Shown: piece after piece, positions 1 through 11,200 of the stretch
How the letters are laid out: each line of letters starts with the position of its first letter
How positions within the stretch are numbered: the stretch's first letter is position 1
Source of the DNA: an uncultured Candidatus Saccharibacteria bacterium
Lineage (GTDB): Bacteria; Patescibacteriota; Minisyncoccia; Phycocordibacterales; CAIZLB01
Assembly: GCA_964450605.1 (NCBI GenBank)
Contig: CAYVEK010000001.1
Coordinates: forward strand, 8,430-72,429
Direction: 5' to 3'
Length of the DNA stretch: 64,000 nucleotides
Position numbers and translations under genes: made by a program
Notes under the pieces: model-generated
What the model saw: the letters and a program-made list of their open reading frames with translations, nothing else
Databases searched by the model: none
What the model was told of the DNA's origin: nothing

Positions 1-2
1 GA

Positions 3-299
3 AAGGTAAGACTAGTAACAGATCTAGTTAAGGGTAAGCCTGTTCAAAAAGCGCTTACAACTTTGGAATTTACTCCAAAGCGAGCTGTAACAGCTGTTAA
101 AAAGCTTATTGAAAGTGCTATCGCTAACGCTACAAATGCAGGTATGGCAAAAGATTCTCTAAAGATTAAAAACATCACAGTAGATGAAGGTTTTACTCTG
201 AAACGAATCATGCCTCGAGCACGTGGTTCAGCGAGCCGAATTAATAAAAGAACATCACATATTCATGTGACATTAGACATAATCCAGGATAATAAATAG
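3..299 (+). CDS. rplV: 50S ribosomal protein L22, 5'-partial (runs off the window start)
   Basis: Frame-3 translation from base 3 ([43 protein letters not shown]...) matches the L22 family; gene order L22-S3-L16. Confidence 0.85.
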   Translation, partial: KVRLVTDLVKGKPVQKALTTLEFTPKRAVTAVKKLIESAIANATNAGMAKDSLKIKNITVDEGFTLKRIMPRARGSASRINKRTSHIHVTLDIIQDNK

Positions 300-309
300 A
301 TAACGAGAT

Positions 310-963
310 ATGACAAAAATAGTTCACCCATATTCACATAGACTTGGTATCATCAAAGATTGGAAATCTCGATGGTTTTCTTCTGATGCAGAGTTTCGAA
401 AAAACTTTAAAGGCGATATTATGATGCGAGAGTGGATTGATAAAAACCTAAAAGGTCAATTTATCGGTCTTACAGAGATCGAGCGAACAGCTAAAGTTAT
501 AAAGGTTATCATTCATACATCACGTCCTGGAATTGTGATCGGTAAAAATGGTGAAGGCTCAACAAAGATCCGAACATCTCTTGAAAAGATTTTGATTAAA
601 GCTGGAGATAAAAAACCTAATCTACAGGTTGAGATCGTAGAGATCAAAAACCCAGAGGCAAGTGCTTCAGTTGTAAGTCAAATGATCGCTGAGGGTATAG
701 AGAAGCGATTACCATATCGACGTGTTCTTAAACAGATCGTTGAGAAGGTTATGGCTGTAAAAGATGTTAAAGGAGTACGAATCTACCTAGGAGGTCGACT
801 TGCTGGTGCTGATATGGCACGAAGTGAGGAGATGAAACGAGGTCGAGTTCCTCTACAAACATTCCGAGCAGACATCGACTACGCTCGAAACAAAGCCCGA
901 ATGCCATATGGAGACATTGGTATTAAGGTTTGGATTTATAAAGGAGAGGTTTTCTCAAAATAA
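310..963 (+). CDS. rpsC: 30S ribosomal protein S3
   Basis: 217 aa; KH and S3 C-terminal domain motifs; position between L22 and L16. Confidence 0.95.
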   Translation: MTKIVHPYSHRLGIIKDWKSRWFSSDAEFRKNFKGDIMMREWIDKNLKGQFIGLTEIERTAKVIKVIIHTSRPGIVIGKNGEGSTKIRTSLEKILIKAGDKKPNLQVEIVEIKNPEASASVVSQMIAEGIEKRLPYRRVLKQIVEKVMAVKDVKGVRIYLGGRLAGADMARSEEMKRGRVPLQTFRADIDYARNKARMPYGDIGIKVWIYKGEVFSK

Positions 964-978
964 AATAATAGTAAACAT

Positions 979-1401
979 ATGTTATTTCCAAAAAAAGTAA
1001 AACATCGAAAATGGCAAGTGACTCGACGCAATGCTAAAGTGCTTGTTAAAAGAGTTGAGACACGAGGTACAACTGTTGCAAACGGTGCGTACGGCATGAT
1101 GGCTACAACTCAAGCTCGAATAACTTCAAACCAGATTGAATCTGCTCGAAAAGTTATCGCACGAAGTGTAGGTAAAACAGGACGAATCTGGACACGAATC
1201 TTCCCAGACCGACCTTATACTAAGAAAGCTGCTGAAGTACCCATGGGTTCAGGAAAAGGAGAGCCAGAGGGATTCTGCTTCGAGACTTTTGCTGGACGAG
1301 TATTGTTTGAAGTTGATGGAGTAACAGAAGATGTTGCAAAAGAAGCTTTCCGAAAAGCTGGGTCAAAATTACCAGTAAAAGTTAGAATGGTAACACGATA
1401 A
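979..1401 (+). CDS. rplP: 50S ribosomal protein L16
   Basis: 140 aa, MLFPKKVKHRKWQ... typical L16 N-terminus; operon position. Confidence 0.95.
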   Translation: MLFPKKVKHRKWQVTRRNAKVLVKRVETRGTTVANGAYGMMATTQARITSNQIESARKVIARSVGKTGRIWTRIFPDRPYTKKAAEVPMGSGKGEPEGFCFETFAGRVLFEVDGVTEDVAKEAFRKAGSKLPVKVRMVTR

Positions 1402-1410
1402 TAAACACGT

Positions 1411-1653
1411 ATGACACAAACAAAATCTAAAAAAAGAATATTAGAGGGAACAGTGGTATCAAACAAGATGAAAGATACTATTACTGTTAAAGTTGACCGA
1501 TTCGTTAAATTGCCAAAATACCAGAAATATGTTACTGTTTCTAAGAAGTACAAGGCACACGATGCTGGAAATACAAAGAATATCGGAGACAAAGTAACTA
1601 TTATCGAATGCGCTCCGATATCAAAAGATAAGAAGTTTACTTTGGTTAAATAA
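1411..1653 (+). CDS. rpsQ: 30S ribosomal protein S17
   Basis: 80 aa OB-fold protein (GTVVSNKMKDTITVKV...HDAGN...GDKVTIIECAPISKDK) typical of S17; starts 9 nt after the rplP stop with no L29 gene between. Confidence 0.9.
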   Translation: MTQTKSKKRILEGTVVSNKMKDTITVKVDRFVKLPKYQKYVTVSKKYKAHDAGNTKNIGDKVTIIECAPISKDKKFTLVK

Positions 1654-1662
1654 TACAAATAT

Positions 1663-2034
1663 ATGATACAGCCACAATCAATAGTTTCAATAGCAGATAA
1701 CTCAGGTGCCAAAATTGGTAAAGTTTTCAAAGTACTTGGAGCGGCTGCAAAGCGATATGCTCGAATAGGAGATACTGTTATTTTGTCAGTACAAAAAGCT
1801 GAGCCACGAAAAGGAACAAAAAAGAAAGATGTTCATAAAGCCGTTGTTGTTCGACAGCGACAGGCGTTCCGACGAAAAGATGGTTCATACATTCGTTTTG
1901 ATGAAAATGCAGTAGTTCTGATTGATAAAAACAAAGGAGAGCCAATAGCAGGTCGTATCTTCGGTCCTATTCCACGAGAAATCGCAGAAAAAGGTTATCA
2001 AACTATCGCGTCTAAGGCGCAAGAGATTGTATAG
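1663..2034 (+). CDS. rplN: 50S ribosomal protein L14
   Basis: 123 aa, MIQPQSIVSIADNSGAK... classic L14. Confidence 0.95.
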   Translation: MIQPQSIVSIADNSGAKIGKVFKVLGAAAKRYARIGDTVILSVQKAEPRKGTKKKDVHKAVVVRQRQAFRRKDGSYIRFDENAVVLIDKNKGEPIAGRIFGPIPREIAEKGYQTIASKAQEIV

Positions 2035-2077
2035 TCAAAAACATTATATATAACAAGAAACGTATAAGTCTAAACAT

Positions 2078-2290
2078 ATGATTAAAAAAGGACAAACAGT
2101 AAAGATACTATGCGGCGATGACAAAGGAAAGAAAGGAACTGTCATCAAAGTTTTTCCGTTGCAAGATAAAGTATTAGTAGAAGGTGTAAATATGAAAACT
2201 TCTCACAAGAAAGCTACTCAAGGCAAGAAAGGTGAGATCGTTCAAGTTGCTATGCCAATACATATATCAAACGTAGCAGCCGTTAAATAA
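2078..2290 (+). CDS. rplX: 50S ribosomal protein L24 (short form)
   Basis: 70 aa KOW-domain protein (KKGQTVKILCGDDKGKKGTVIKV) at the L14-L24-L5 position. Confidence 0.85.
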   Translation: MIKKGQTVKILCGDDKGKKGTVIKVFPLQDKVLVEGVNMKTSHKKATQGKKGEIVQVAMPIHISNVAAVK

Positions 2291-2306
2291 AGTTTAAAAA
2301 ATTTAT

Positions 2307-2855
2307 ATGACAAAAAATAAACACGTAACAGTAAAAGAAAAAGCAAAAACAGCCTTTGAAACACTTAAAGGTCAGTTTGGCTATAAAAATAAACTTCAAG
2401 CTCCACGAATCGAGAAGGTGGTTGTTTCTACAACAACAGGATCTATTAAAGATCTTAAAAAACGAGATTTGATGGGTGATCGAGTTTCTAAAATAACAGG
2501 CCAGAAACCAGTTGTTACAACAGCTAAAAAATCTATTGCTACATTTAAACTTCGAACAGGTGATGCATCTGGATATAAAGTTACTCTACGAGGAGACAAG
2601 ATGTGGGCGTTTCTTGAGAAAGTTGTTAACATCGCATTCCCACGAACAAAAGACTTCCGAGGTGTTACTGCTACAGGTATAGATAGTATGGGAAACTTCT
2701 CATTCGGTATTAAAGAAAACACTGTGTTCCCAGAAACATCAGATGAAAACATTCAAGATATCTTCGGTCTTGGTGCTACAGTTGTGACTACAAGTAAAAA
2801 TAAAGAAGAAACAAAGGCCTTCCTGGAAATGCTTGGCTTCTTATTTAAAAAATAA
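2307..2855 (+). CDS. rplE: 50S ribosomal protein L5
   Basis: 182 aa; L5 family similarity; operon position. Confidence 0.95.
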   Translation: MTKNKHVTVKEKAKTAFETLKGQFGYKNKLQAPRIEKVVVSTTTGSIKDLKKRDLMGDRVSKITGQKPVVTTAKKSIATFKLRTGDASGYKVTLRGDKMWAFLEKVVNIAFPRTKDFRGVTATGIDSMGNFSFGIKENTVFPETSDENIQDIFGLGATVVTTSKNKEETKAFLEMLGFLFKK

Positions 2856-2885
2856 AATTTACTATACATAACGTAATATAAAAAT

Positions 2886-3071
2886 ATGGCAAAAAAATCA
2901 GTAATTGAAAGATCAAAAAAGAAACCAAAGTTTAAGAGTCGAGTAGTACGAAGATGCTTCCGATGCGGTCGAAAGCGAGGGTACATGAGAGACTTCGATA
3001 TGTGCCGAATCTGTTTCCGAGAGGCTGCAAACGAAGGATTGATCCCAGGAATTAAGAAATCATCATGGTAG
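2886..3071 (+). CDS. rpsN: 30S ribosomal protein S14 type Z (zinc-binding)
   Basis: 61 aa with CxxC...CxxC ([21 protein letters not shown]); typical S14-Z. Confidence 0.9.
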   Translation: MAKKSVIERSKKKPKFKSRVVRRCFRCGRKRGYMRDFDMCRICFREAANEGLIPGIKKSSW

Positions 3072-3103
3072 TAAAAACGTATTAAAGATTTTAAGAAAAA
3101 TAT

Positions 3104-3496
3104 ATGAATCACGGAATATCACAAATCATAAATAACCTAAAAAACGCTAATAGTGCAGGAAAAAGTACTACTGTGTTTGGTTTCTCAAAATTTAGAAAAG
3201 CTATTCTAGATAAACTTTCTGCACTAGGTTTTGTTGGAGGTGTTAAAGTTATCGGAACTGGTCCTATCCAGCACATCGAAGTTGAACTTTCATACGATGA
3301 GGCAGGAAAACCAAAGATACAAGGAGTACAACAAGTTTCAAAGTTTTCTCGACGAGCATATGGTTCATACCGAGAAGCTCATCAAGTAAAAAATGGATAT
3401 GGTGCATTACTTGTAAGTACACCTAAAGGAGTGCTCTCTGACAGTGAGGTTCGAAAAGAAAAGGTCGGAGGAGAGTTTCTGTTTAAAATCTGGTAA
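3104..3496 (+). CDS. rpsH: 30S ribosomal protein S8
   Basis: 130 aa; S8 family similarity; operon position. Confidence 0.9.
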   Translation: MNHGISQIINNLKNANSAGKSTTVFGFSKFRKAILDKLSALGFVGGVKVIGTGPIQHIEVELSYDEAGKPKIQGVQQVSKFSRRAYGSYREAHQVKNGYGALLVSTPKGVLSDSEVRKEKVGGEFLFKIW

Positions 3497-3527
3497 TACT
3501 ACAAAATAATCATTTAACGTCAAATAT

Positions 3528-4061
3528 ATGTCAAGAATTGGAAAACAAATCATCGAAATACCAGCAGGAACAACTGTTACAGTAAACAACAATGTTGTTA
3601 CAGTAAAAGGTCCTAAAGGAGAACTAACACGACAGTTTCGACCTATCGTAGATATTGTTGTTGATGGAAATACTGTTTCTTTTGTAAAGAAACAAGAGTC
3701 ATCTTTCGGACGATCTCTATGGGGAACATACGCTGCTCATGTTAAAAACATGATCAAAGGTGTAAATGAAGCATATGTAATAAAACTTATCCTAGAAGGA
3801 GTTGGATACAAAGGTGATGTTCAAGGAACAACACTAAACCTCGCACTTGGTTTTTCTCACCCTGTTAAAGTTCAGATTCCAGCTGGTCTTACTGTAACAG
3901 CAGAGAAAGGAACATTTACATTTACAAGTATCGACAAAGAATTGGTTGGAAGTTTTGCTGCCAAGATTCGAGCCTTGAAGAAGCCTGAACCGTATAAAGG
4001 AAAAGGATTCCGATATGATGGCGAAGTTATTGCTCGAAAACAAGGTAAAAAAGCTGCCTAA
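3528..4061 (+). CDS. rplF: 50S ribosomal protein L6
   Basis: 177 aa, MSRIGKQIIEIPAGTTVTV... classic L6. Confidence 0.95.
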   Translation: MSRIGKQIIEIPAGTTVTVNNNVVTVKGPKGELTRQFRPIVDIVVDGNTVSFVKKQESSFGRSLWGTYAAHVKNMIKGVNEAYVIKLILEGVGYKGDVQGTTLNLALGFSHPVKVQIPAGLTVTAEKGTFTFTSIDKELVGSFAAKIRALKKPEPYKGKGFRYDGEVIARKQGKKAA

Positions 4062-4098
4062 TCATTAAATCAAAATAAACGTAATTAATTAAAATTTT

Positions 4099-4440
4099 AT
4101 GAAACGAGTATATTTATCAAACAGAGACAGAATCAAAGCACGAATCCGTGCAAAGGTTAAGGGAACTGCAGAGCGCCCACGTCTAACTGTGTTCAAATCA
4201 AATAAATTTATCTACGCTCAGCTTATCGATGATGTTGCTGGAGTAACTCTCGCACAAGCAAATTCAGCTGAAATGAAAGATAAAAAGATGGATGCAGCTG
4301 TGAAAGTGGGAAAAGCTCTTGCTGAAGCTGCAAAAGCAAAGAAAATAACAAAGGCTGTATTTGACCGAAACGGTTATATCTTTACCGGTCGAGTACTAGC
4401 ACTAGCTGAAGCTGCTCGAGAGGGTGGACTAGAATTTTAA
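4099..4440 (+). CDS. rplR: 50S ribosomal protein L18
   Basis: 113 aa; L18 similarity ([21 protein letters not shown]). Confidence 0.9.
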   Translation: MKRVYLSNRDRIKARIRAKVKGTAERPRLTVFKSNKFIYAQLIDDVAGVTLAQANSAEMKDKKMDAAVKVGKALAEAAKAKKITKAVFDRNGYIFTGRVLALAEAAREGGLEF

Positions 4441-4476
4441 TCAATTACGTAGTATATATAGATAATCAAAACAATT

Positions 4477-5094
4477 ATGACAGATCTACAAGAAAACATA
4501 AATACAACTGAGACTCCAGCTCCAGAAGCTACACAGTCTTCTCCTGCACCAGTTGCACATGGAAATCGACGACCGCCTTTCCGAAAAAATCCACGACAAG
4601 ATCGAGGTGACAAACGAGGTCCTAAACGAGAACCTAAAGCTAAACCAGAGTTTGACCAGAAAATCGTTGATATTCGACGAGTGACTCGAGTTACTTCAGG
4701 AGGACGAAAGTTTAGTTTTGCGGTTGCAGTTATTGCTGGTGACCGAAAAGGACGAGTTGGTTTTGGAACAGGAAAAGGGCTGGACACAGCAGTTGCAGTA
4801 GACAAAGCATATCGAAAAGCAAAGAAAAATCTAATACAGATTCCTCTTACAAAAAATGGATTGATTCCTCACGATGTATTTGCAAAATACGCAAGTGCAC
4901 GAGTTGAAATCCGACCAGCACCCGGAAAGGGAGTTGCTGCAGGATCAGCAGTTCGAGATGTGCTAGAGCTAGCAGGTGTTAAAGATGTTATCGGAAAGAT
5001 TCGATCAGGTTCAAAGAACAAGATGAACAACGCCCGAGCAGCTATATCAGCTCTAAGTATGCTTAATACAAAAAAGAAAGTAAAACATTTATAA
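4477..5094 (+). CDS. rpsE: 30S ribosomal protein S5 with ~60-aa P/R/K-rich N-terminal extension
   Basis: 205 aa; S5 core (RVTRVTSGGRKFSFAVAVIAGDRKGRVGFGTGKG); low-complexity N-terminus. Confidence 0.9.
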   Translation: MTDLQENINTTETPAPEATQSSPAPVAHGNRRPPFRKNPRQDRGDKRGPKREPKAKPEFDQKIVDIRRVTRVTSGGRKFSFAVAVIAGDRKGRVGFGTGKGLDTAVAVDKAYRKAKKNLIQIPLTKNGLIPHDVFAKYASARVEIRPAPGKGVAAGSAVRDVLELAGVKDVIGKIRSGSKNKMNNARAAISALSMLNTKKKVKHL

Positions 5095-5101
5095 AAAACA
5101 T

Positions 5102-5545
5102 ATGCAGCTACATACACTTAAAAGAAATACAAAAAGAAAAGTAAAACAGCAAGTTGGACGTGGTTCAAAACGAGGTAAAACTTCTGGACGAGGTCAAAAA
5201 GGACAGACATCACGTGCTGGACGAAAACTTCGACCTGAGATCCGAGAGGTGATCAAGAAGATTCCTAAACTACGAGGACAGAATAAAAACTCTTTCAGTG
5301 AGAGCCGAGTTCGACCTATAGTTTTGAATCTATCTGATCTTGCTTCAGTTCCTGCTGGAACAGTTCTTACACCAAAAACTTTTGTTGATCTAAAACTTGT
5401 TTCTCTTGTAAAAGGTAAAGTTCCTGCCATTAAAGTTCTGGGAGATGGAGAGATTACACAAGCATTAACAATTAAGAAGGTTGCAGTTTCTGCATCTGCA
5501 ACAGCAAAAATAGAAAAAGCAGGCGGAAAAGTATATGCTATCTAA
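5102..5545 (+). CDS. rplO: 50S ribosomal protein L15
   Basis: 147 aa Gly/Arg-rich N-terminus (GRGSKRGKTSGRGQKGQ) typical of L15; follows S5 directly with no L30 gene. Confidence 0.9.
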   Translation: MQLHTLKRNTKRKVKQQVGRGSKRGKTSGRGQKGQTSRAGRKLRPEIREVIKKIPKLRGQNKNSFSESRVRPIVLNLSDLASVPAGTVLTPKTFVDLKLVSLVKGKVPAIKVLGDGEITQALTIKKVAVSASATAKIEKAGGKVYAI

Positions 5546-6812
5546 ACTAAAATTCATATTTACTGATAAAACACTAAGAAACCGAGTACTCGCGTGTCTT
5601 GGTGTTTTGGCTATTTTTAGAGCTTTGTCAGCTATTCCTGTTCCAGGAGTAAATACAGACGCTCTTCAAGCTGTTCTTGGAGAAAATAGTTTCTTTCAAG
5701 TTCTTAACCTGTTTTCAGGAGGAGGACTATCTAGTTTATCTATCTTGATGCTTGGAGTTGGTCCATACATCACTGCGTCTATCATCATACAGTTGCTGAC
5801 TATGGTGTTTCCAAAAATGAAACAGCTACAGCAAGAAGAGGGTACAGCTGGACGACAGAAGATTTCACAGTACAGTAGACTTCTAACTATACCTCTTGCA
5901 CTTGTTCAAACTTTTGCACTTGTTTCTCTTATCTCTCGACAATCACCACAGGTATTTGGAGAGCTTACATCTTTTGCATTCCTTCAGATCGCTATTATCG
6001 TAGTTGCATCATCAGTACTTCTTATGTGGCTTGGAGAAAGACTTTCTGAGTATGGTTTAGGAAACGGTATCTCTCTGATTATTGCGGGAGGTATTATCGC
6101 AAGTATGCCACAGAGTATCTCACGAATCTGGGCTACATTTGATGCCACACAGGCTCCTGGATTTATAGCAATACTTGCTGTTGCTATTGCTGCTATCTGG
6201 CTTATTGTGTTCGTTACAGAAGCTGAGCGACCTATAGAGGTTACATATGCTCGACAAGCTCGATCATTGTCTACACAAGGTGCGGGTGGATCAAGTAAGT
6301 CATATATGCCTATTCGTTTGAATCAGGCCGGAGTGATGCCTATCATCTTCGCTCTTACTCTTTTGATGTTCCCAACATTTATAGCAAACTTTATATCAGG
6401 TTCTTCAGTTGAGATCTTGAGAAATATCGGTTTGTTTGTAACTCGATGGATGCAAAATGGATGGGTATACGGAATACTATACTTTGTACTTGTATTTGTA
6501 TTTACGTACTTCTACACAGCTATCACTTTTGATCCAAAACAGATTGCAGAAAACCTACAGAAGCAGGGTGCGTTTGTTCCGGGTATACGACCAGGTGATC
6601 AGACAGTTGATTATATGTCACGAATCGTAACAAAGACTACATTTATCGGAGCTTTGTTTCTAGGAATAGTCGCGATACTTCCATCAGTTATCCAAGGTCT
6701 TACAGGTATAAATAGTATCAAGATCGGTGGAACAGGTATATTGATCGTTGTTTCAGTTGTTATCGAAGTTCTAAAGAAAATTGATGCACAGGTTGGTATG
6801 CGACAGTACTAA
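5535..6812 (+). CDS. secY: preprotein translocase subunit SecY
   Basis: 425 aa polytopic membrane protein with SecY similarity; operon position. Confidence 0.95.
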   Translation: MLSKLKFIFTDKTLRNRVLACLGVLAIFRALSAIPVPGVNTDALQAVLGENSFFQVLNLFSGGGLSSLSILMLGVGPYITASIIIQLLTMVFPKMKQLQQEEGTAGRQKISQYSRLLTIPLALVQTFALVSLISRQSPQVFGELTSFAFLQIAIIVVASSVLLMWLGERLSEYGLGNGISLIIAGGIIASMPQSISRIWATFDATQAPGFIAILAVAIAAIWLIVFVTEAERPIEVTYARQARSLSTQGAGGSSKSYMPIRLNQAGVMPIIFALTLLMFPTFIANFISGSSVEILRNIGLFVTRWMQNGWVYGILYFVLVFVFTYFYTAITFDPKQIAENLQKQGAFVPGIRPGDQTVDYMSRIVTKTTFIGALFLGIVAILPSVIQGLTGINSIKIGGTGILIVVSVVIEVLKKIDAQVGMRQY

Positions 6813-6830
6813 TATCTGATGTGATATACT

Positions 6831-7445
6831 GTGGGTATGACAAAACTTCCACAAACGATTATCTTTATGGGTCGATCTGGCTCAGGTAAAGGTACGCAGG
6901 TAGAGCTTCTTCGGGCACATCTCGAACAGCAAGGTTATAGTGATTTTATTGATCTACAAACAGGTTCTTTGTTCCGAGAGTTCATAACCGGAGATACGCT
7001 TACAGCTCATCTCGCCAAAGAGATATACACAGAAGGTGGTAAGGATTATGATTTTTTGGCCACATATTTGATTATTGATTTTTTCAATAAAAAATATTCA
7101 GGCAAAGAGAGCTTGTTTGTTGATGGTAATCCTCGTTCAAAACTAGAAGCGGAACTATTTACAGGTATTCTCAATTTTTATAAAAGATTTGATGAATCTC
7201 AGTTCAGTAAACCGATAGTTATTTATGTCGATGTAAGCCATGATTGGGCTATAGATAAGTTAAAGAAGAGGGGTAGAGCAGATGATTCAATGATCGAAAA
7301 TATGGAACGCAAGATGTCATGGTTTGATACTGAAACTATCCCTGCAGTAGAATATCTCAAACAAGATCCTCGATATAAGTTTATTCATGTAAACGGTGAG
7401 CAGAGTATAGAAGAAGTTCATCAAGAAATAGTAAGTAGATTATAA
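6831..7445 (+). CDS. adk: adenylate kinase (divergent)
   Basis: P-loop GRSGSGKGTQ, NMP-binding TGSLFRE, DGNPRS and RGRADDS motifs; secY-adk-map order; start may be the ATG at 6837. Confidence 0.8.
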   Translation: MGMTKLPQTIIFMGRSGSGKGTQVELLRAHLEQQGYSDFIDLQTGSLFREFITGDTLTAHLAKEIYTEGGKDYDFLATYLIIDFFNKKYSGKESLFVDGNPRSKLEAELFTGILNFYKRFDESQFSKPIVIYVDVSHDWAIDKLKKRGRADDSMIENMERKMSWFDTETIPAVEYLKQDPRYKFIHVNGEQSIEEVHQEIVSRL

Positions 7446-7446
7446 A

Positions 7447-8223
7447 ATGATTCAGATATATTCAAAAGACGAAATAGAAGTTTTGCGAGAAGGGGGAGAA
7501 CTCCTTTTTCGTATTTTGAGTGCATTGAAAGAAAAAACTGTTGACGGGGTTGATACTTTTACACTGAATCAGTACGCGCTAGAGTTATGTGAAAAACATG
7601 ACGCTAAACCTGCTTTTCTAAATTATAAACCTCATGGAGCGCCACGTCCTTTTCCTGGGGCGTTGTGCTTGTCGATAAATGATGAGGTTGTTCACGGTAT
7701 TCCAAATGAAAAAAATAGAGTTTTGAAAAACAGCGACGTTGTGGTTCTTGATATGGGTATTTTGTATAAAGGTATGTATACCGACAGTGCTATCACAACA
7801 GTGATAGGGGGTGATGATAAAAATCCGGTCGGTGCAAAGATGGTAGAGGTTGCTGAAAAAGCCCTATATGCTGCGATCGATGCAGTAAAACCGGGTATAC
7901 GAACAGGAACTATTGGACACATCATAGAACAAACTGTAAAAACAAACAGTAAATTTTCAATACCACATGAGCTTGGGGGACATGGTATAGGTAAAACTAT
8001 TCATGAAGATCCATTTATGCCGAACTTTGGTAAAAAAGGAGAGGGTCCGATACTGCGAGAGAGTATGGTTCTGGCTATAGAACCGATACTTGCAGAAAAA
8101 AAACCACACCTAAAAGTTTTAAAAGATGGATACACATATGTAACTGTTGATAAAGGATTAAGTGTTCATGTTGAACATACTATTGTGGTAACAAAAGACG
8201 GGGCAGAGATTTTGACGAGATAA
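7447..8223 (+). CDS. map: methionine aminopeptidase type I
   Basis: 258 aa; MAP pita-bread fold motifs (DVVVLDMG, HGIGKTIHEDP, VLAIEP). Confidence 0.9.
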   Translation: MIQIYSKDEIEVLREGGELLFRILSALKEKTVDGVDTFTLNQYALELCEKHDAKPAFLNYKPHGAPRPFPGALCLSINDEVVHGIPNEKNRVLKNSDVVVLDMGILYKGMYTDSAITTVIGGDDKNPVGAKMVEVAEKALYAAIDAVKPGIRTGTIGHIIEQTVKTNSKFSIPHELGGHGIGKTIHEDPFMPNFGKKGEGPILRESMVLAIEPILAEKKPHLKVLKDGYTYVTVDKGLSVHVEHTIVVTKDGAEILTR

Positions 8224-8243
8224 TATTGTGTTATAATATACGC

Positions 8244-11200
8244 ATGACATTTTTTAAACGTATTTGTGTATTTTTACTTATAGTAGGTTTTGTATTTGGA
8301 ATAATTCCTATTCAAAAATATAAAGGTTTCGAGCCAACTAAGGTTCATGCTGCAGATCCATGGTGGAATAACGGTTGGACAAAAAGAATGAAGATTACTT
8401 TTGCTAACGGATCACGAGGAGCTTTAACTGATTTTCCTGTTCAAGTCGCTCTAAACTCTGGAAGAGTTACGTATGGAAACTTTAAAGCAGGTGGGGCAGA
8501 TGTTAGATTTGTTGACGCTGACGGTTCGACTTTGTTGAACTATGAAATAGAGAAGTGGGATACATCAGGAACATCTACATTGTGGGTTAAAATACCGCAG
8601 ATAGATAGTGCGTCAGATACTGATTATATATACATGTATTATGGAAACACTGGAGCATCTGCTGTTGCAACTACTACAGGTGTCTGGGATTCTAGTTATG
8701 TTACAGTGCAACACTGGGGTGAGGATCCGACAGGTGCAGCTCCGCAGTTTCAAGACAGTACTGTGAACAATAAAGACGGTACAGCGTCATCTTCTCAGGT
8801 TGGAGGTCCTGTAGTCGCCACAACACTCTCTGGTAGATTTGGAAGTGGTCTTGATTTTAATGGAAATACTCATTTTGTTGATGAAGGTGAGACACAGCTC
8901 GCACCTCTTCCAAATGGTTCAGCCGAGTTCTGGTTTGATATAGATACTATGGCAGCGTCTTCTACGAACAGGTATCTATTTTCTCGAGTAAAGTCTGGAG
9001 CAAACGATGGGGAGCTTAGAGTTTATGTTGATACTACTTCAGGATCTGTGAACCGAGATAAGATTGTCTTTCAGATAGAGTGTACGGTTCCTTCTTCTAT
9101 AAGCCCTATAGCAACATCAACAGCCTCAACAACTATCGATAGCTGGTATCATGTAACGGCAGTTTGGGATGATGACACTGCGGGTGCTATGAAGTTATAT
9201 GTAAACGGTACTCAGGTTGGATATTCAAATACAACAACTTGTGGATCAGAAGCTACTGCAGTTGTTACTATGGCAGGTAAAAACAATGCCTTAAACAACG
9301 GTTATTTTGATGGCCAGATGGATGAACTTCGAGTTTCTTCTGTTGCTCGTTCTGCTGACTGGATAAACGCTTCTTATGTTTCGGGTGTCGATGGTTTGAA
9401 TACATATGCAGGTGTTGAAAATCAACCTGATGCAGTTCCTCCTGTTATATCTTCTATCGCATCATCAACGACTGATACTACGGCAACTATCACCTGGACA
9501 ACAGACGAGTCTGCTACATCTACTGTTAACTACGGATTGACAACAAGTTATGGTTCAGCATCTTCTTCAAACACTGGAACAACTAACCATTCAATACAAC
9601 TAACCGGCCTCACGCAAAGTACGACGTATAATTTTCAAATATCTGTTTGGGATACATCTAGTAACTTGGCTACATCTTCAAACTTAACGTTTAGAACAGC
9701 TGCGGCAACTCCTCCTGGACAACCTACAAGTGTAACAGTGTATCCATATGATAATAGGGCACATTTACGATGGACGGCTTCGACGGGTACTGTGACAGAT
9801 TATAAGATAGAGTACAAACTTTCTTCGGAGCCTACTACTTGGACATTGTTTAATGATGGAGTCTCAACTGCAACCACAACTATGGTTACAGGTCTTACAA
9901 ACAATGTTGCATATGATTTTAGAATAACAGGTACAAATGGAGGTTCGGATGGAACAGTTTCGGCAACGGTTAGTACGACACCTAGTTATTTGATGACTTT
10001 TGTAAATCCAACCATAGCTAACGGAAACTCGACATCATCTACAACCATAACAGCCTACGCTTCAACCACATCAGGACTTACTCCTTCTTATTTTACCTTT
10101 AGACTTGAGACGTCAGGAGGTTCTCTTGTATCAAACTCTACAACAACTACACGGTGGGGAGATTTCTCTTTGAATCACCTAACAGAGTTATCACATAAGG
10201 TAGATATTGCTATAACGAGTGATTTGTCTGGACATGTGTACGTTCCGACAACAAATACTTTGTTTACGGTTCATAATAATCAAAATGTTCTAACTGAACT
10301 TAACAGAGATGGAACACTAGCAAGTAGTTCAAGACCAACTATTACATGTAGTGCCTGCGGTGATATAGAGGATATTACATTGGTTTCAAGTGTTGCCTCT
10401 ACAACTGCTGGAGGATATGATCATACATTTATGATTTCTACTGAGGATGTTGATACAAATAACTTGCAGATATTCAGAATAGTTGTCCACTCAAAAGGTG
10501 CGGTTACGGTAAATAGAAATGATTATTTTTCAACCGGTATCGCCGCCTCATCTACAAATGATGGACTTGAAGGTATCGCGTATAACGCAAACACGGATAC
10601 ATATTTTGTGTCTGTAGAAGGTCAGGCCACACAAACGACCCGTCCTCGTCTGTATGAAGTAACCCTTGGCTCGGGTCACAGTGCAACATCTGTTCCTGTT
10701 TGTACAAACATCAACTTCCGTGATTATTTAACAGAGGATAATACTGTTGCTTACGGAAACACTGCATACGCAGATATATCTGGTCTTGATTTTTCAACCT
10801 CTACAAATCGTCTGTATGTGATATCTCATAAAGCTGACAAGATATTGGAGGTGGATGTTGCAAATCGAAATAGTTGTTCTGTCTTAAATCAATTACCCAT
10901 AGCAATGCGTGCTGACAGTGGTCCAAATCATGATTTTCAAATGCCTGAAGGTGTTGCGTGGGATGCTACAGGAGATTATATGTATGTTTCAGCCGAACTA
11001 AGTTACTGGTCTATTTGGAGAACAAACACATATACAGTTCAAAAAACATTTACAGGTTTGACTCCTGGCACATATAACTTGTACACAAGTGTAACTGATG
11101 CTTTTGGAAATACTTCTACAACTACAGCTAGATCATTTACGGTCTTTACTCCTGACACAACTGCCCCTGTTATATCAAATATCGCATCTTCTACAACTGA

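Noticed and set aside
1215-1730. 171-aa minus-strand ORF antisense to rplP/rpsQ/rplN, and the similar antisense ORFs 2396..2752, 2753..3112, 3407..3592, 3834..4043, 4437..4805, 4869..5117 and 5194..5430
   Set aside because: They lie entirely within well-supported ribosomal-protein genes on the opposite strand. Their translations are low-complexity with no family resemblance, so they are shadow ORFs.
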